From: Salinivirgaceae bacterium
Lineage (GTDB): Bacteria > Bacteroidota > Bacteroidia > Bacteroidales > SZUA-534
Assembly: GCA_024405635.1 (NCBI GenBank)
Contig: JAKSOL010000002.1
Coordinates: 64,001-128,000, forward strand
Direction: 5' to 3'
DNA: 64,000 bases
A program made the position numbers and the translations under genes. Of this stretch, positions 29,286-39,649 are shown piece after piece. The notes below the pieces were generated by a model, which saw nothing but the letters and a program-made list of their open reading frames with translations, was not told the DNA's origin and ran no database searches. Positions within the stretch are counted from its first letter, which is position 1. The number at the start of each line of letters is the position of its first letter.

Positions 29286-31889
29286 TTATTTGTTTATTGC
29301 TTTTGCAACTTCCTCGCAAGCAAGGTTAAGCATAACGTAGTTTGGTACTGAATTGATGCAGCATTCATTTTCGCCCCAAAGGAATGGGTAGTCGTCTTTG
29401 TTTTCCATAAAATCGGGGTTGCGCACCAAAAGACCAGGAACAATTCCTCCAGGAATGGTTGTGTAATCGGCGCGAGTGTTGCCGTATGCTACTTTTTTAG
29501 TGTTTACACCAACATCGTTTACAAACGACACGTTGCTGTATGGGTGGCAACCATACAAGTAGTTAAGACCTTTTAGAACAAGTTCAGGATCAATCATTTC
29601 AGGGAATCTTTTCCAAATCAGATAGGCATTAAAAGCGTTGCTCATAACTATTGTGTTGCCGCCCCAACCGTAGCCCGAAATGGTAACTCCATAAGGGTTG
29701 TCGGCGCCTTGTTTGTTCATTGATTCAACGTATGCCGGAATAGCTGCCTTTACTATTTCTTGTGTGGTAGCATCAAGCAAGTCGTAAACGCGTAGAACTA
29801 GCGAAAGATTAAACATTGGAGCGCTTCCTCCTCCCCAAAATGCGTTTGGATTTTCGTTTTTAGGATTAATTAACTCTAATATTTTTTCAATAAAAATATC
29901 CTTGTATTTATCGTCGCCAGTGGCATAGTACAGTTCAACAGCACCTCTTATTTTGGGGTCGCCACTATACCAACGGCTATTTCGTTGGTTAGCTTCGTCT
30001 TCTGGGTCGCTGTTAACAACGTATTTTTCCCAAAGCATAATTGCGTTTTTCAGCGAGCGTTCAGCCTCTTCGGGGAAATACTCTTTAAGGGCAGGATATG
30101 CAGCAGCAAGACCAACAATCGACTTCATTACACTTGCAGCGGTAGGTTTGCGAGTCATAATGATGCGGTCGTCGTATGTTCCGCTTCGTTTGCCGTCGGC
30201 CGACACTTCAAATGGTTTAAGCGATGGGTCATAAATCAATCCGTCGGTAAGGTTAATTGCATCGCCAAGGTGGTGATACTGATGCATTTGAGGCTGACCA
30301 ATGTTGTTCGATACAAAACCTAAAGCTTCAATTTGAGCATTCATGTTAAGAGTTCCATGCATAATTTGTTGCACAACATCGGGCAAACCGTCGGGACGAT
30401 GAATGTCGGCAAATTGCGTGGTCTCGTCAATAAAAGTCATGTCGCGCATAGGCTTAAACATTCGCCAAAGAGTTGCAAGGTCTGATGTGGTTGTTACAAC
30501 CGAATTTTGTTGAATATCAAAATCGCCAGCATCGTACCAACCGCCAACTGCAAGTCCTGGCACGTGCTCAAGTGGCTTGTATTGGGTGAAATTTTCAGCG
30601 CCTTGAGAGTATCCGTCGTGAATCTTAATATTGGCAGGAGCCATAATAGCATCGTCCATGTTGGCGCGGCCGTGCCATACTCTGTAAGCCTCGTTTACCT
30701 CCATGTGGTCCATTGCAACAACCAACGAAATGTCCATTGACGCATGCCACTTATCGGAATAAACGTTGTTGTTTATTGGGAATGCGTTTGTTGTGGTTCC
30801 GTTATATTCAATTGCATACAAACCGGGCTCGTATAGCTTGCTGAAATCGATTTTTGCATAATTGTAGCGGTTGTTAAAAACTCCCCATTTTTCAACTGGG
30901 ACAACCAATGCCACTTCTTTAGTTCCCTCGGGAGTGTAGCGAATAATTTTTGCGTTTTTGGCAACTTTGTCGTTTTTGTCAAGTTCAACCACTGCAACTT
31001 TCTTTTGTGCTGGAGTATAACCAATTTGTGAAAAACCAATGTTTGGTTTGCGTACCCATTTAGCGTCGCTTTTAGGCACAATTTGCCACTCCAAGACAAC
31101 TCCTGTTTTGTTGGCTGGCAAAATTGAGCGAACAACAAATGTTCCGTTTTGTGCCAAAAGTCGGCCGTCGTATAAATTGATGTCGATGTTTGAGTTTATT
31201 GCAACGCAAAGGTTGTCGTCTTCGGGTGCAAGTACAATTTCTTTTCCGGTTGCAAGTGGTTGTGCTACAAGAAATTCGCCACGTCCGCGGTCGTCAAAAG
31301 TCGATTCTCCAAAGTATTGCGGTATTTTTTCAGACACAGGCTTCACCTCGGTATTGTGTTGCGGATATTTTGGAAGAATGCCAGCTTCGTAATCCATTAT
31401 GTAATTTTTGCCGAAGAACGATGCTGGAAAAAATTCAAGGTTCATACCTGCTTTGCCAATTAGTTCTTCGGGCACAGGCTTGTCAAGAATCACTTCAAGC
31501 GAAACACCTTTTCCTTCAGCATAGACGCAGATTTTCGACATAAAGTCGTACTCTTTGTAATAGAGCGATACTTCAATAGAGTTCTCTTGTCGGTTTACTA
31601 TGCGGTTTACCATAGTGCCGTAAATGTCCCATTGCTCAGGAGTGTTCATTAAGCGTATTCCTCCGCCGGTGCTGATGCGCTCGCCACGTTGAATAATTTC
31701 AATGCCAGCAAGTTTTTCGTCACAAAAGCCGCCGTTGTATATGTTGTTGTAAACTAACACATTAACGCCTTGGGCTTCAAAATACTCCAAGTCGTTTAGC
31801 CGCATTGTTTGAGCGGTTAAGGTTAAACTCGATGCCGAAACAAGCATCGTTGCAAATAACCTTGCAATGTTGTTCAATGTTTTTTTCAT
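29286..31889 (-). CDS. Divergent GH9-family glycoside hydrolase with extra N-terminal domain and CelD-like Ig domain
   Basis: Sec signal peptide; SQIGY.P.QKK.AV (Ig/CelD-N), GGWYDAGD (catalytic bases), LNYLYG.HP..VSFV..VG and ENE (catalytic acid position). Confidence 0.8.
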   Translation of the reverse strand: MKKTLNNIARLFATMLVSASSLTLTAQTMRLNDLEYFEAQGVNVLVYNNIYNGGFCDEKLAGIEIIQRGERISTGGGIRLMNTPEQWDIYGTMVNRIVNRQENSIEVSLYYKEYDFMSKICVYAEGKGVSLEVILDKPVPEELIGKAGMNLEFFPASFFGKNYIMDYEAGILPKYPQHNTEVKPVSEKIPQYFGESTFDDRGRGEFLVAQPLATGKEIVLAPEDDNLCVAINSNIDINLYDGRLLAQNGTFVVRSILPANKTGVVLEWQIVPKSDAKWVRKPNIGFSQIGYTPAQKKVAVVELDKNDKVAKNAKIIRYTPEGTKEVALVVPVEKWGVFNNRYNYAKIDFSKLYEPGLYAIEYNGTTTNAFPINNNVYSDKWHASMDISLVVAMDHMEVNEAYRVWHGRANMDDAIMAPANIKIHDGYSQGAENFTQYKPLEHVPGLAVGGWYDAGDFDIQQNSVVTTTSDLATLWRMFKPMRDMTFIDETTQFADIHRPDGLPDVVQQIMHGTLNMNAQIEALGFVSNNIGQPQMHQYHHLGDAINLTDGLIYDPSLKPFEVSADGKRSGTYDDRIIMTRKPTAASVMKSIVGLAAAYPALKEYFPEEAERSLKNAIMLWEKYVVNSDPEDEANQRNSRWYSGDPKIRGAVELYYATGDDKYKDIFIEKILELINPKNENPNAFWGGGSAPMFNLSLVLRVYDLLDATTQEIVKAAIPAYVESMNKQGADNPYGVTISGYGWGGNTIVMSNAFNAYLIWKRFPEMIDPELVLKGLNYLYGCHPYSNVSFVNDVGVNTKKVAYGNTRADYTTIPGGIVPGLLVRNPDFMENKDDYPFLWGENECCINSVPNYVMLNLACEEVAKAINK

Positions 31890-31921
31890 GGATTAAATAT
31901 GTTTAGGGAATTGTTTGGTAG

Positions 31922-33079
31922 TTATTTAATTTCAATTCTATTGCCCAATACAAGCTTGTCACCCGACAAATCTACACTCCAAAACTGGGGTTTGCGTGGA
32001 CCTTTGCCCTCTGAATGGTGTACTGAGTAAATAAGTTTGCCGTCAAATGTTTTGAAAATCATTCCGTGACCTGAATTGTTTGCCAAGAAAGGTTCTGGTT
32101 CTTGAATCCAAGGTCCTGCAATTGTGCCCGATTCGGAATAGCAAACGCATTGAATGTAGCGCCCCTTTCCCCAACTTGACCAAAGCATGCCAAGTCGGCC
32201 AGTTTCTGTGCGGAACATTTGAGGTCCGTCGGTTACCCAGCCTGGCATTTTAAGTCCAAAAGTAGCTTCGCCATTTACGTTCATCTCAACAACAGCTGGG
32301 TTTTCGCTTGCACGAAACATTGTTACTGGTTTTTCTGAAACAGTGTATGACAAGTCGTCCGACAATTCAATATAGTCCATGGTGCCGTCAATAATTTGAG
32401 TCCACTCGTGCACAAAAACCATATATTTTTTGCCGTTTTCTTCATACAATGTTCCGTCAATACAATCCCAATTGTGAGGCTCGTAGTCGTATCCTGGTTC
32501 TATAGCAAAACTCTCAAACGGACCCTCGGGCGATTTTGAACGTAGCAAATAAGTTTGGTTGTGAGGAACATTGTAACGGCGAGCAACTTGTTCAATCAAA
32601 TCGCTATGGTCGCTCCATGTGCCAGCATAGTAGTAGTAATCGCCAATTTTGTGAATTTCGGCTGCTGCAGCAAAACCGGCTCTTTCAAGCCACAATCCTT
32701 CAATATTTATTACGTTGTATGGGCCTTCCCACATAACAAGGTCTTTGCTTCGCCATTGGCGGCCGCCTGACGATGTGAGATAGTATGTTTTTGTAGCCTC
32801 GTCGGCATAAATGTAAGGGTCGCTCATTGAAAGGTCGTTGAAATGAACTGTGCGAATTTTGTCCATTTCGGCTCTGCGGGCAGCTATTCTAGCTGCTAAT
32901 CCTGTGGTGTCGGTTGTGTGTGTGCCGCCAAAGTTGTTTTGTCCTGGGTCGGCTATTGGAGCCTGTTCTCCTGGCTCAACAACTGGGTATGGGTTTGTTT
33001 TGACCTTTGTTGTTTGGTCGCTTGTGCAAGCCGATGCTGCCAATAGCAGAGCGGTTGCTAACGGAAATAGTTTTTTCAT
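31922..33079 (-). CDS. GH43 glycoside hydrolase (lipoprotein)
   Basis: ASAC lipobox; SDPYI (base), SKDL..W, AAE, IDGTL (pKa modulator), TDGP and SGHG motifs. Ends 32 bp upstream of the GH9-like gene. Confidence 0.85.
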   Translation of the reverse strand: MKKLFPLATALLLAASACTSDQTTKVKTNPYPVVEPGEQAPIADPGQNNFGGTHTTDTTGLAARIAARRAEMDKIRTVHFNDLSMSDPYIYADEATKTYYLTSSGGRQWRSKDLVMWEGPYNVINIEGLWLERAGFAAAAEIHKIGDYYYYAGTWSDHSDLIEQVARRYNVPHNQTYLLRSKSPEGPFESFAIEPGYDYEPHNWDCIDGTLYEENGKKYMVFVHEWTQIIDGTMDYIELSDDLSYTVSEKPVTMFRASENPAVVEMNVNGEATFGLKMPGWVTDGPQMFRTETGRLGMLWSSWGKGRYIQCVCYSESGTIAGPWIQEPEPFLANNSGHGMIFKTFDGKLIYSVHHSEGKGPRKPQFWSVDLSGDKLVLGNRIEIK

Positions 33080-33266
33080 TGTAATTTTAATTTGGTTGTA
33101 CTTTAAATAAATATAATAGTGTAGAATTATTCAGGGCTATAACTCTTTGCAAGATAGTACTTTGTCGAAGAAATACAAAACTTGAACGCCCTTGTAAAAT
33201 TGGATATAATGGTCCACTCGCTCTTGTTTTTTTTAGATTATATATTGGAGCATGAACCTACAAAAC

Positions 33267-33299
33267 AAAAAAAGAGCGACGAAAATTCGCCGCTCTTTT
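33267..33299 (-). terminator. Terminator after galM
   Basis: AAAAGAGCGACGAA-aa-TTCGCCGCTCTTTT. Confidence 0.8.
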
Positions 33300-33321
33300 A
33301 TTTTGTAACCAAAGTGCTTTT

Positions 33322-34428
33322 TTACTTTTTAACGTCGAACTTGTAAATGCAAACGTGGTTGTAAGTTTCGCCAGGACGCAAAACAGTAGAAGGGAAGTTT
33401 GCGTGGTTTGGCGAGTCTGGATAGTGCTGAGTTTCAAGGCACAAAGCCGAACGACGAGCATACAATGCACCGCCTTTTCCTTTTTGAGTTCCGTTAAGGA
33501 AGTTGCCAGCATAGAATTGCATAGCTGGTTCGGTTGTGTAAACAGTCATAGTACGGCCGCTTTTGTCGTCAACAACTAAAGCAGCTTTACGTAGGCCGTC
33601 GGCATCTGTTTCGCCCGATAGTACCCAGTTGTGGTCGTAACCGCCACCAAGTTTAATTTGTTCGTGGTTAGCGTCAATGCCATCGCCAATTACCGAAAGT
33701 TTGCGTAGGTCGAATGGTGTGCCATCAACAGGCATAAGTTCACCAGTAGGAATTAGCGCGCTGTCAACTGGGGTAATGTTGTCGGCAAATATTTGGATTT
33801 TTTCGTCGCAAATTGTTGGATTACCTTCTCCTGAAAGATTGAAGAAAGAGTGGTGAGTTAGATTGCAAACTGTTGGTTTGTTGGTGGTTGCTGAGTAAAT
33901 TAGTTTCAACGATCCGCAATCGCAAAGTGTGTAGGTTAGTTTCATTTTAAGTTCGCCAGGATAGCCCATTTCGCCATCGGCTGAAGTGTATGTAAACTCT
34001 ATGGTTTTGTCGTCAATTTGGTTTGCGTCAAATGCTTTTGCGTAAAAACCTTGGGTGCCGCCATGTAGTGAGTTTGCATTTTCGTTTACTTCAACTTGAT
34101 ACTCTACGCCATCAAGTGTAAATTTTCCTTTGCCGATACGGTTGCCATAGCGGCCAATAGTTGCACCAAAGAAAGGTTCGCCTACGCCTTTTGCGTTGTC
34201 GCATGCAAGGTATTCGTCCAAAGTGCTGTAGCCAAGAACTACGTCGGCAAATTCTCCTTTTGCATCTGGTACATATAGGGTAACCAATTTTGCACCATGG
34301 TTAATCAACTGTGCTACCATACCAGTTTTTTCGTTTTTTAGGGTATAGAGCTTTACTACTTTGCCATCAACAGTGGCTTCTCCAAAGGCTTTAGGACAAA
34401 GACCTAGTTTTTCGTTTAATGCTGTCAT
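33322..34428 (-). CDS. galM: Aldose 1-epimerase (galactose mutarotase)
   Basis: GATIGRYGNRI, LHGG, NLTHHSFFNL, GYDHN and CLETQHYPDSPN motifs. Confidence 0.95.
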   Translation of the reverse strand: MTALNEKLGLCPKAFGEATVDGKVVKLYTLKNEKTGMVAQLINHGAKLVTLYVPDAKGEFADVVLGYSTLDEYLACDNAKGVGEPFFGATIGRYGNRIGKGKFTLDGVEYQVEVNENANSLHGGTQGFYAKAFDANQIDDKTIEFTYTSADGEMGYPGELKMKLTYTLCDCGSLKLIYSATTNKPTVCNLTHHSFFNLSGEGNPTICDEKIQIFADNITPVDSALIPTGELMPVDGTPFDLRKLSVIGDGIDANHEQIKLGGGYDHNWVLSGETDADGLRKAALVVDDKSGRTMTVYTTEPAMQFYAGNFLNGTQKGKGGALYARRSALCLETQHYPDSPNHANFPSTVLRPGETYNHVCIYKFDVKK

Positions 34429-34644
34429 TGTAATTGCATTTATTAAGTAATTAATTCAGTTATTTAGGTTTATGTGTTCTGTTTTGTGGTGGGCAGTTGC
34501 GTCGCACAAGTCAAAACGGGCATAACGCAATTGCGCTTTGCCGTTATAAACGGTAGTAAATGTAAATAATATCGCGATATGCGAGCAGAATATTGTTTTT
34601 GTATCAAAAATTTAGCGAATAAGTTTTGTGCTGAAGTAGATAAC

Positions 34645-34679
34645 AAAAAAGCGCTCCAACAAATTTTGTTGGAGCGCTT
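34645..34679 (-). terminator. Terminator after pnp
   Basis: Perfect stem AAGCGCTCCAACAAA-t-TTTGTTGGAGCGCTT, with a U tail on the minus strand. Confidence 0.88.
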
Positions 34680-34701
34680 CAACTTATGTGTTTAAGAGTT
34701 A

Positions 34702-36906
34702 TTACTCTTTGTGGCCGTTGTGGTCAGGACGAGGTCCGTTGCTACGTTTAGGCTCAACGTAACCCTCTGGTTTTGGCAACAACACTTTGCGAGAAAGTTT
34801 CAACTTGCCAGCTTTGTCAATGTCGAGCAACTTAACGTCAATCTCGTCACCTTCTTTTAGCACGTCTTCAACTTTTTCAAGGCGGCGCCATTCAATTTCA
34901 GAGATGTGCAACAAACCTTCTTTTCCAGGAAGAATCTCAACAAATGCACCAAAAGTTACAATCGATTTGATTTTTCCGCGATATACTTCGCCAACTTCTG
35001 GAACAGCTACAATGCCTTTAATGCGGGCAATAGCTTTGTCAATTGACTCTTTGTTGTTTGCAACAACCTCAACTTTGCCCATGTTGTCAATTTCTTCAAT
35101 TGAGATAATGGTACCAGTTGTAGCTTGAATTTCTTGAATAATTTTTCCACCGGGGCCTATTACTGCACCAATTGATTCTTTTGGAATGTTCAAGGTAACA
35201 ATGCGAGGTGCGTGTGGTTTAAGGTCAGCACGAGGTTCGGCAATAGTTTCTTGAATTCTGTCAAGAATATACATACGGCCCTCGTGAGCTTGAGCAAGTG
35301 CATTTTCAAGAATCTCGTAGCTCAAACCATCAACTTTGATGTCCATTTGGCAAGCGGTCAAACCATCGCGAGTACCTGTGGTTTTGAAGTCCATGTCGCC
35401 AAGGTGATCCTCGTCGCCAAGAATATCGCTCAAAATTGCGTAGTTGGTTCCTTTGTTCTCTGAAATAAGCCCCATTGCGATACCTGAAACTGGTTTTTTG
35501 ATTTTTACACCAGCGTCCATCAAAGCCAATGTGCCAGCGCAAACTGTTGCCATACTTGACGAACCATTTGACTCAAGAATATCAGATACAACACGAACTA
35601 CGTATGGGTAGTCGTCAGGGACCATGGTTTTTAATGCGCGGCAAGCTAAGTTTCCGTGACCAATCTCGCGGCGGCCAACTCCACGTTGAGCTTTAGCCTC
35701 GCCTGTTGAGAATGGAGGGAAGTTATAGTGTAGCATAAAACGCTCGTTTCCTTTTATCAATGCCTCGTCAATCATTTTTTCGTCTTGTTTTGTACCAAGA
35801 GTAACGGTGCAAAGCGATTGGGTCTCGCCACGAGTAAAGATTGAAGATCCGTGAGGTCCAGGTAGGTAACCAACTTCTGACCAAATAGGACGAATCTCGT
35901 TGGTTTTGCGGCCGTCAAGACGTTTGCCCTCGTCAAGAATTGAACGGCGCATAGCCTCGCGCTCAACATCGTGATAGTAGCGGTCAATTAAAGCGCCTTT
36001 AAGTTCAAGTTCTTCTTCGCTAAACTGAGCTTTAAACTCGTCGCGTATTTGAGAGAACATAGCCTCGCGGTGATGTTTATCGGTGTCGCACGAAGTTGCT
36101 TGTGCATAAGCTTTTGCGTAGCACTCGTCGTGAACGCGTTGACGAAGTTCTTCGTCGTTGTCTTCGTGGCAATATTCGCGTTTAACGGTTTTGCCTGCAG
36201 TCTCCATCAATTCAATTTGAGCTTGGCATTGAACCTTAATAGCCTCGTGTGCTGCTTTTATAGCTTCAAGCATGTCGGCTTCTGATACCTCTTTCATTTC
36301 GCCCTCAACCATCATAATGTTGTCTAAGGTTGCGGCAACCATCAATTCGATGTCGGCTTTTTCAAGTTGCTCAAATGTTGGGTTAATAACCATTTGACCA
36401 TCGATGCGAGCTACTCGAACTTCTGAAATTGGACCTTCAAATGGAATGTCGCTCACAGCCAAAGCTGCTGAAGCTGCCAAACCTGCAATGCTATCTGGCA
36501 TGTCAATTCCGTCGGCCGAGTAAAGTGTTACGTTTACAAAAGTTTCGGCATGATAGTTTGAAGGGAATAGTGGACGCAATGCACGGTCAACCAAGCGTGC
36601 AATAAGAATCTCGTAGTCAGATGCACGACCTTCGCGACGAGTAAATCCGCCTGGGAATCGACCGTTTGATGCGAACTTTTCTTTGTATTCCACGGTCAAC
36701 GGCATAAAGTCGGTGCCAGGAATTGCGTCTTTTGCTGAACAAACGGTGGCAAGTACCATTGTTTGTCCCATGGTTACCATAACGGCGCCATCGGCTTGTT
36801 TTGCCAACTTGCCTGTCTCAATTTTGATTACACGGCCGTCTGGTAGTGTAATCTCTTTGTTGACTACATTGCAACCATGTAGTTTCTTTTCGTTTACATT
36901 ATCCAT
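34702..36906 (-). CDS. pnp: Polyribonucleotide nucleotidyltransferase (PNPase)
   Basis: [27 protein letters not shown] and DHLGDMDFK motifs; KH (IGPGGK) and S1 domains. Confidence 0.98.
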   Translation of the reverse strand: MDNVNEKKLHGCNVVNKEITLPDGRVIKIETGKLAKQADGAVMVTMGQTMVLATVCSAKDAIPGTDFMPLTVEYKEKFASNGRFPGGFTRREGRASDYEILIARLVDRALRPLFPSNYHAETFVNVTLYSADGIDMPDSIAGLAASAALAVSDIPFEGPISEVRVARIDGQMVINPTFEQLEKADIELMVAATLDNIMMVEGEMKEVSEADMLEAIKAAHEAIKVQCQAQIELMETAGKTVKREYCHEDNDEELRQRVHDECYAKAYAQATSCDTDKHHREAMFSQIRDEFKAQFSEEELELKGALIDRYYHDVEREAMRRSILDEGKRLDGRKTNEIRPIWSEVGYLPGPHGSSIFTRGETQSLCTVTLGTKQDEKMIDEALIKGNERFMLHYNFPPFSTGEAKAQRGVGRREIGHGNLACRALKTMVPDDYPYVVRVVSDILESNGSSSMATVCAGTLALMDAGVKIKKPVSGIAMGLISENKGTNYAILSDILGDEDHLGDMDFKTTGTRDGLTACQMDIKVDGLSYEILENALAQAHEGRMYILDRIQETIAEPRADLKPHAPRIVTLNIPKESIGAVIGPGGKIIQEIQATTGTIISIEEIDNMGKVEVVANNKESIDKAIARIKGIVAVPEVGEVYRGKIKSIVTFGAFVEILPGKEGLLHISEIEWRRLEKVEDVLKEGDEIDVKLLDIDKAGKLKLSRKVLLPKPEGYVEPKRSNGPRPDHNGHKE

Positions 36907-36980
36907 AAATTTCTGATTTACTGATTGTTGGTTTCCTCTTTTAGCCAACAATCTGATTTATAATTAGAGAAAATAATCGC

Positions 36981-36988
36981 CAAATGTA
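36981..36988 (-). promoter_or_regulatory. Putative -7 box of an internal pnp promoter
   Basis: Minus strand TACATTTG about 75 nt upstream of the ATG. Confidence 0.5.
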
Positions 36989-37038
36989 TATATGCGCAAA
37001 TAGCAGCCTAATGAGCTGCTATTTAAGATTTTATAAAC

Positions 37039-37066
37039 AAAAAAAGGCAACTTAATGCCTCTTTTT
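37039..37066 (-). terminator. Weak terminator after rpsO
   Basis: Minus strand AGGCA-loop-TGCCT followed by a T7 run, immediately after the stop codon. Confidence 0.6.
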
Positions 37067-37067
37067 G

Positions 37068-37337
37068 CTACTTTCTCAAGTTCAAAGCTTTAATAAGCTC
37101 GCGATACTTTTCAATGTCTTTGCTCTTCAAGTAAGCCAAAGCGTTGCGACGTTTACCTACCAATTGAAGTAGTGAGCGTTGTGTACCAACGTCTTTTTTG
37201 TTGGCTTTCATGTGCTCGGTAAGGTGGTTGATTCTGTAGGTGAACAATGCAATTTGTCCCTCTGTTGAACCAGTGTCTTTTGCGCTTTTGCCATAGGTAG
37301 CAAAAAACTCTTGTTTTTGTTCTGCTGTTAAATACAT
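37068..37337 (-). CDS. rpsO: 30S ribosomal protein uS15
   Basis: DTGSTEGQIA, L.EH...NKKD and LVGKRR..L.YL motifs; 89 aa; classic rpsO-pnp order. Confidence 0.98.
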   Translation of the reverse strand: MYLTAEQKQEFFATYGKSAKDTGSTEGQIALFTYRINHLTEHMKANKKDVGTQRSLLQLVGKRRNALAYLKSKDIEKYRELIKALNLRK

Positions 37338-37384
37338 TACTTATTAGTATTAAATGTGTTAATATCTGCTTTTTTTACAAGCGA

Positions 37385-37414
37385 CAAAAGTATATATTTT
37401 TTTGTTACTGCAAA
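37385..37414 (-). promoter_or_regulatory. rpsO sigma-A promoter (-33/-7)
   Basis: Minus strand TTTG-N18-TACTTTTG. Confidence 0.65.
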
Positions 37415-37472
37415 CAATTTTCGCCTTTGCCTTTTGTTCTTTTTGGTTGCGTTTTTAAAATCTGCATCGATG

Positions 37473-38804
37473 CTACATTTCGCCTATCAATACGTCGGCT
37501 GATTGGTTGCGATAAATCGCTATTTTTTCAGTGTATTTATTGCGTATAATATTTAGATTGTCAATGGGTAGTTCAATGTTCTCGCCGTGATTGTCAATTA
37601 TTTCCTCAACGTATTTTAGTGTGTATTTGCTTGTGTCGGTTGATGGACAGTATCCTATTTCTTGTCGGCTTTCGTCAATCAACACTTCGTTAATTAGTTT
37701 GCATTGAGTTAGTTGCTGAATTAAGCTTAGTAGCAGTCGCTGGGGAATGTGGAGCATGCTTGACATTTGCTTGCAAGTTTGTGGTTGCTCGCCATTTTTG
37801 AATTGTTTAATTATGTGATTCAGCACAACAATTAGCATCACCTTGCGGCTTACAAGGCTCATGTTTTCGGTTTCGTGCTCATATTCATACATTTCAATGT
37901 TTTGGCTGGCAAACGATAGTTCGGCGCCAAATAACAATATTAGCCAACTTAATTGTAGCCACATTAACAATAGTGGAATGGCGGCAAAACTGCCGTAAAT
38001 GGCGTTGTAGCGTGCGGCTCCAACTTGAAGTGTTATGTATGCCCATTCTGTTACCATAAAGGCTGTGCCTGCTATTATTCCTGCAATTAAACCTGGTAAA
38101 AACGATACTTTGGTGTTTGGTATGGCAATGTATATAAAGGTAAACAATACCCACATTATTACCATTGGCGATAGTTTAATAAGGTTTTGTAGTACAGGAC
38201 TGGCTACTTTGGCAAGCGAGTAGTTGTTTATCATGTCGTTTACTGCCGAACTGAAATAAACGTTTAGTGCGCTTGAGGCTAACAACAATATTGGTACAAT
38301 AATAAGAATGGCCAAATAGTCGGTTACTTTGCGTACAAGGGTGCGCTGCGTTTTTATTTGCCAAATGTCGTTTATTTGTTCTTCAATGTTCATTAGCATT
38401 TTTACAACTGCCCAAAATATAACACCAACACCAATAATGGCGGCAATGCCGTTGTGCATGTTGTCGAGCAGGTTGTGCGACACGTCAATAAGAACGTTCA
38501 TTATGTCTTGTTGCTCCTTAAAGTTTTCGGTAATGGCATTTTGTAATACTTGTTCAAGGCCTAGTGCTTGTGCTATAAAAAATACCAAAGCTAACATTGG
38601 AACCAACGCAAAAACTGTTAGGTAGGTTAGTGCCGATGCTTTGGTTTGTACGTTGTTCTCAGTAAATCCTCTAACAGTTAGCATTACCACTCGCAGGTAA
38701 TGAAACATTTTTTTGAATTTTGGAGATAGTGTGTCGAGATTGATGCTCCAAAGGTCGTGAAATAAAAATTTATGAGCCTGATTGATTAGCGATTTAATAT
38801 CCAT
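37473..38804 (-). CDS. YihY/virulence factor BrkB family membrane protein with C-terminal winged-helix-like domain
   Basis: ASALTY.T.FALVP, IE..INDIW, IY..IPN and YNAIYGSFAA.PL.L.W.QLSW.I.L.GAE motifs. Start at MDIKS. Confidence 0.88.
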   Translation of the reverse strand: MDIKSLINQAHKFLFHDLWSINLDTLSPKFKKMFHYLRVVMLTVRGFTENNVQTKASALTYLTVFALVPMLALVFFIAQALGLEQVLQNAITENFKEQQDIMNVLIDVSHNLLDNMHNGIAAIIGVGVIFWAVVKMLMNIEEQINDIWQIKTQRTLVRKVTDYLAILIIVPILLLASSALNVYFSSAVNDMINNYSLAKVASPVLQNLIKLSPMVIMWVLFTFIYIAIPNTKVSFLPGLIAGIIAGTAFMVTEWAYITLQVGAARYNAIYGSFAAIPLLLMWLQLSWLILLFGAELSFASQNIEMYEYEHETENMSLVSRKVMLIVVLNHIIKQFKNGEQPQTCKQMSSMLHIPQRLLLSLIQQLTQCKLINEVLIDESRQEIGYCPSTDTSKYTLKYVEEIIDNHGENIELPIDNLNIIRNKYTEKIAIYRNQSADVLIGEM

Positions 38805-38989
38805 TGTGGTTTGTGCTTGTTGTTTTACATGGCGGCAAAAGTAGTTTTTATTCAATGTTGATGCCGTAATAATTGGCAAGAGTGCATAAACACTCCGTAA
38901 ATGCATTACCACTTGCGTGAGGTTAACATTATTATATATGTGTAACTAACACTTAAAATCTCTGCGTATTTTTGTAAAAAAATAAAACA

Positions 38990-39490
38990 ATGGAAAAGCC
39001 TTTGCAACTATCGGTAATTGTGGCTATTGATGCCAATAACGGAATTGGAAAAGATAATCAATTGTTGGCCAGCATTTCGGCCGACCTAAAACGCTTTAAA
39101 GCAATAACAAGTGGGCATACTGTTATAATGGGTCGCAATACATGGGAGTCGCTGCCTAAACGCCCGTTGCCAAATCGCCGAAATGTGGTTATAACTAGTC
39201 GAGAACTTGATGACGAAGGTGCTGAAGTTGTAGGCTCAGTGGAGGCTGCGCTTAATGTGACAGCAGCCGATGGCGAGGTGTTTGTTATGGGTGGCGCGTC
39301 GGTTTACAACCAAATGATGCCGTATGCCGATAAGTTGTACTTAACACTAATACACCGCGAGTTTGAAGCCGATGCTTTTTTCCCACAAATTGATTATTCG
39401 CAATGGCGCGAGGTAGAGCGAATTGATGTGGCAGATGATGAAAAAGTTGATTTTTCATACTCATTTGTAACGCTTGAAAGGGTAGAGTGA
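38990..39490 (+). CDS. folA: Dihydrofolate reductase
   Basis: IVA...NGIG.DNQL, DLKRFK, IMGRNTWES, RPLPNRRN, GGASVY and DAFFP motifs. Confidence 0.96.
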   Translation: MEKPLQLSVIVAIDANNGIGKDNQLLASISADLKRFKAITSGHTVIMGRNTWESLPKRPLPNRRNVVITSRELDDEGAEVVGSVEAALNVTAADGEVFVMGGASVYNQMMPYADKLYLTLIHREFEADAFFPQIDYSQWREVERIDVADDEKVDFSYSFVTLERVE

Positions 39491-39649
39491 GTTGCGAAAT
39501 TTATGAGTTGCCGTTGGTAATTTATCTCTAAAAACGGAGCTTTTTTGCCTAAAAATTATCGCTTGTAATGGATGGCTGAAAGACTTGATGCTTGTGCTAA
39601 ATATCTGAATATGAGCTAAAAATTACTTGAATTATGAGGTTGTGAAATC

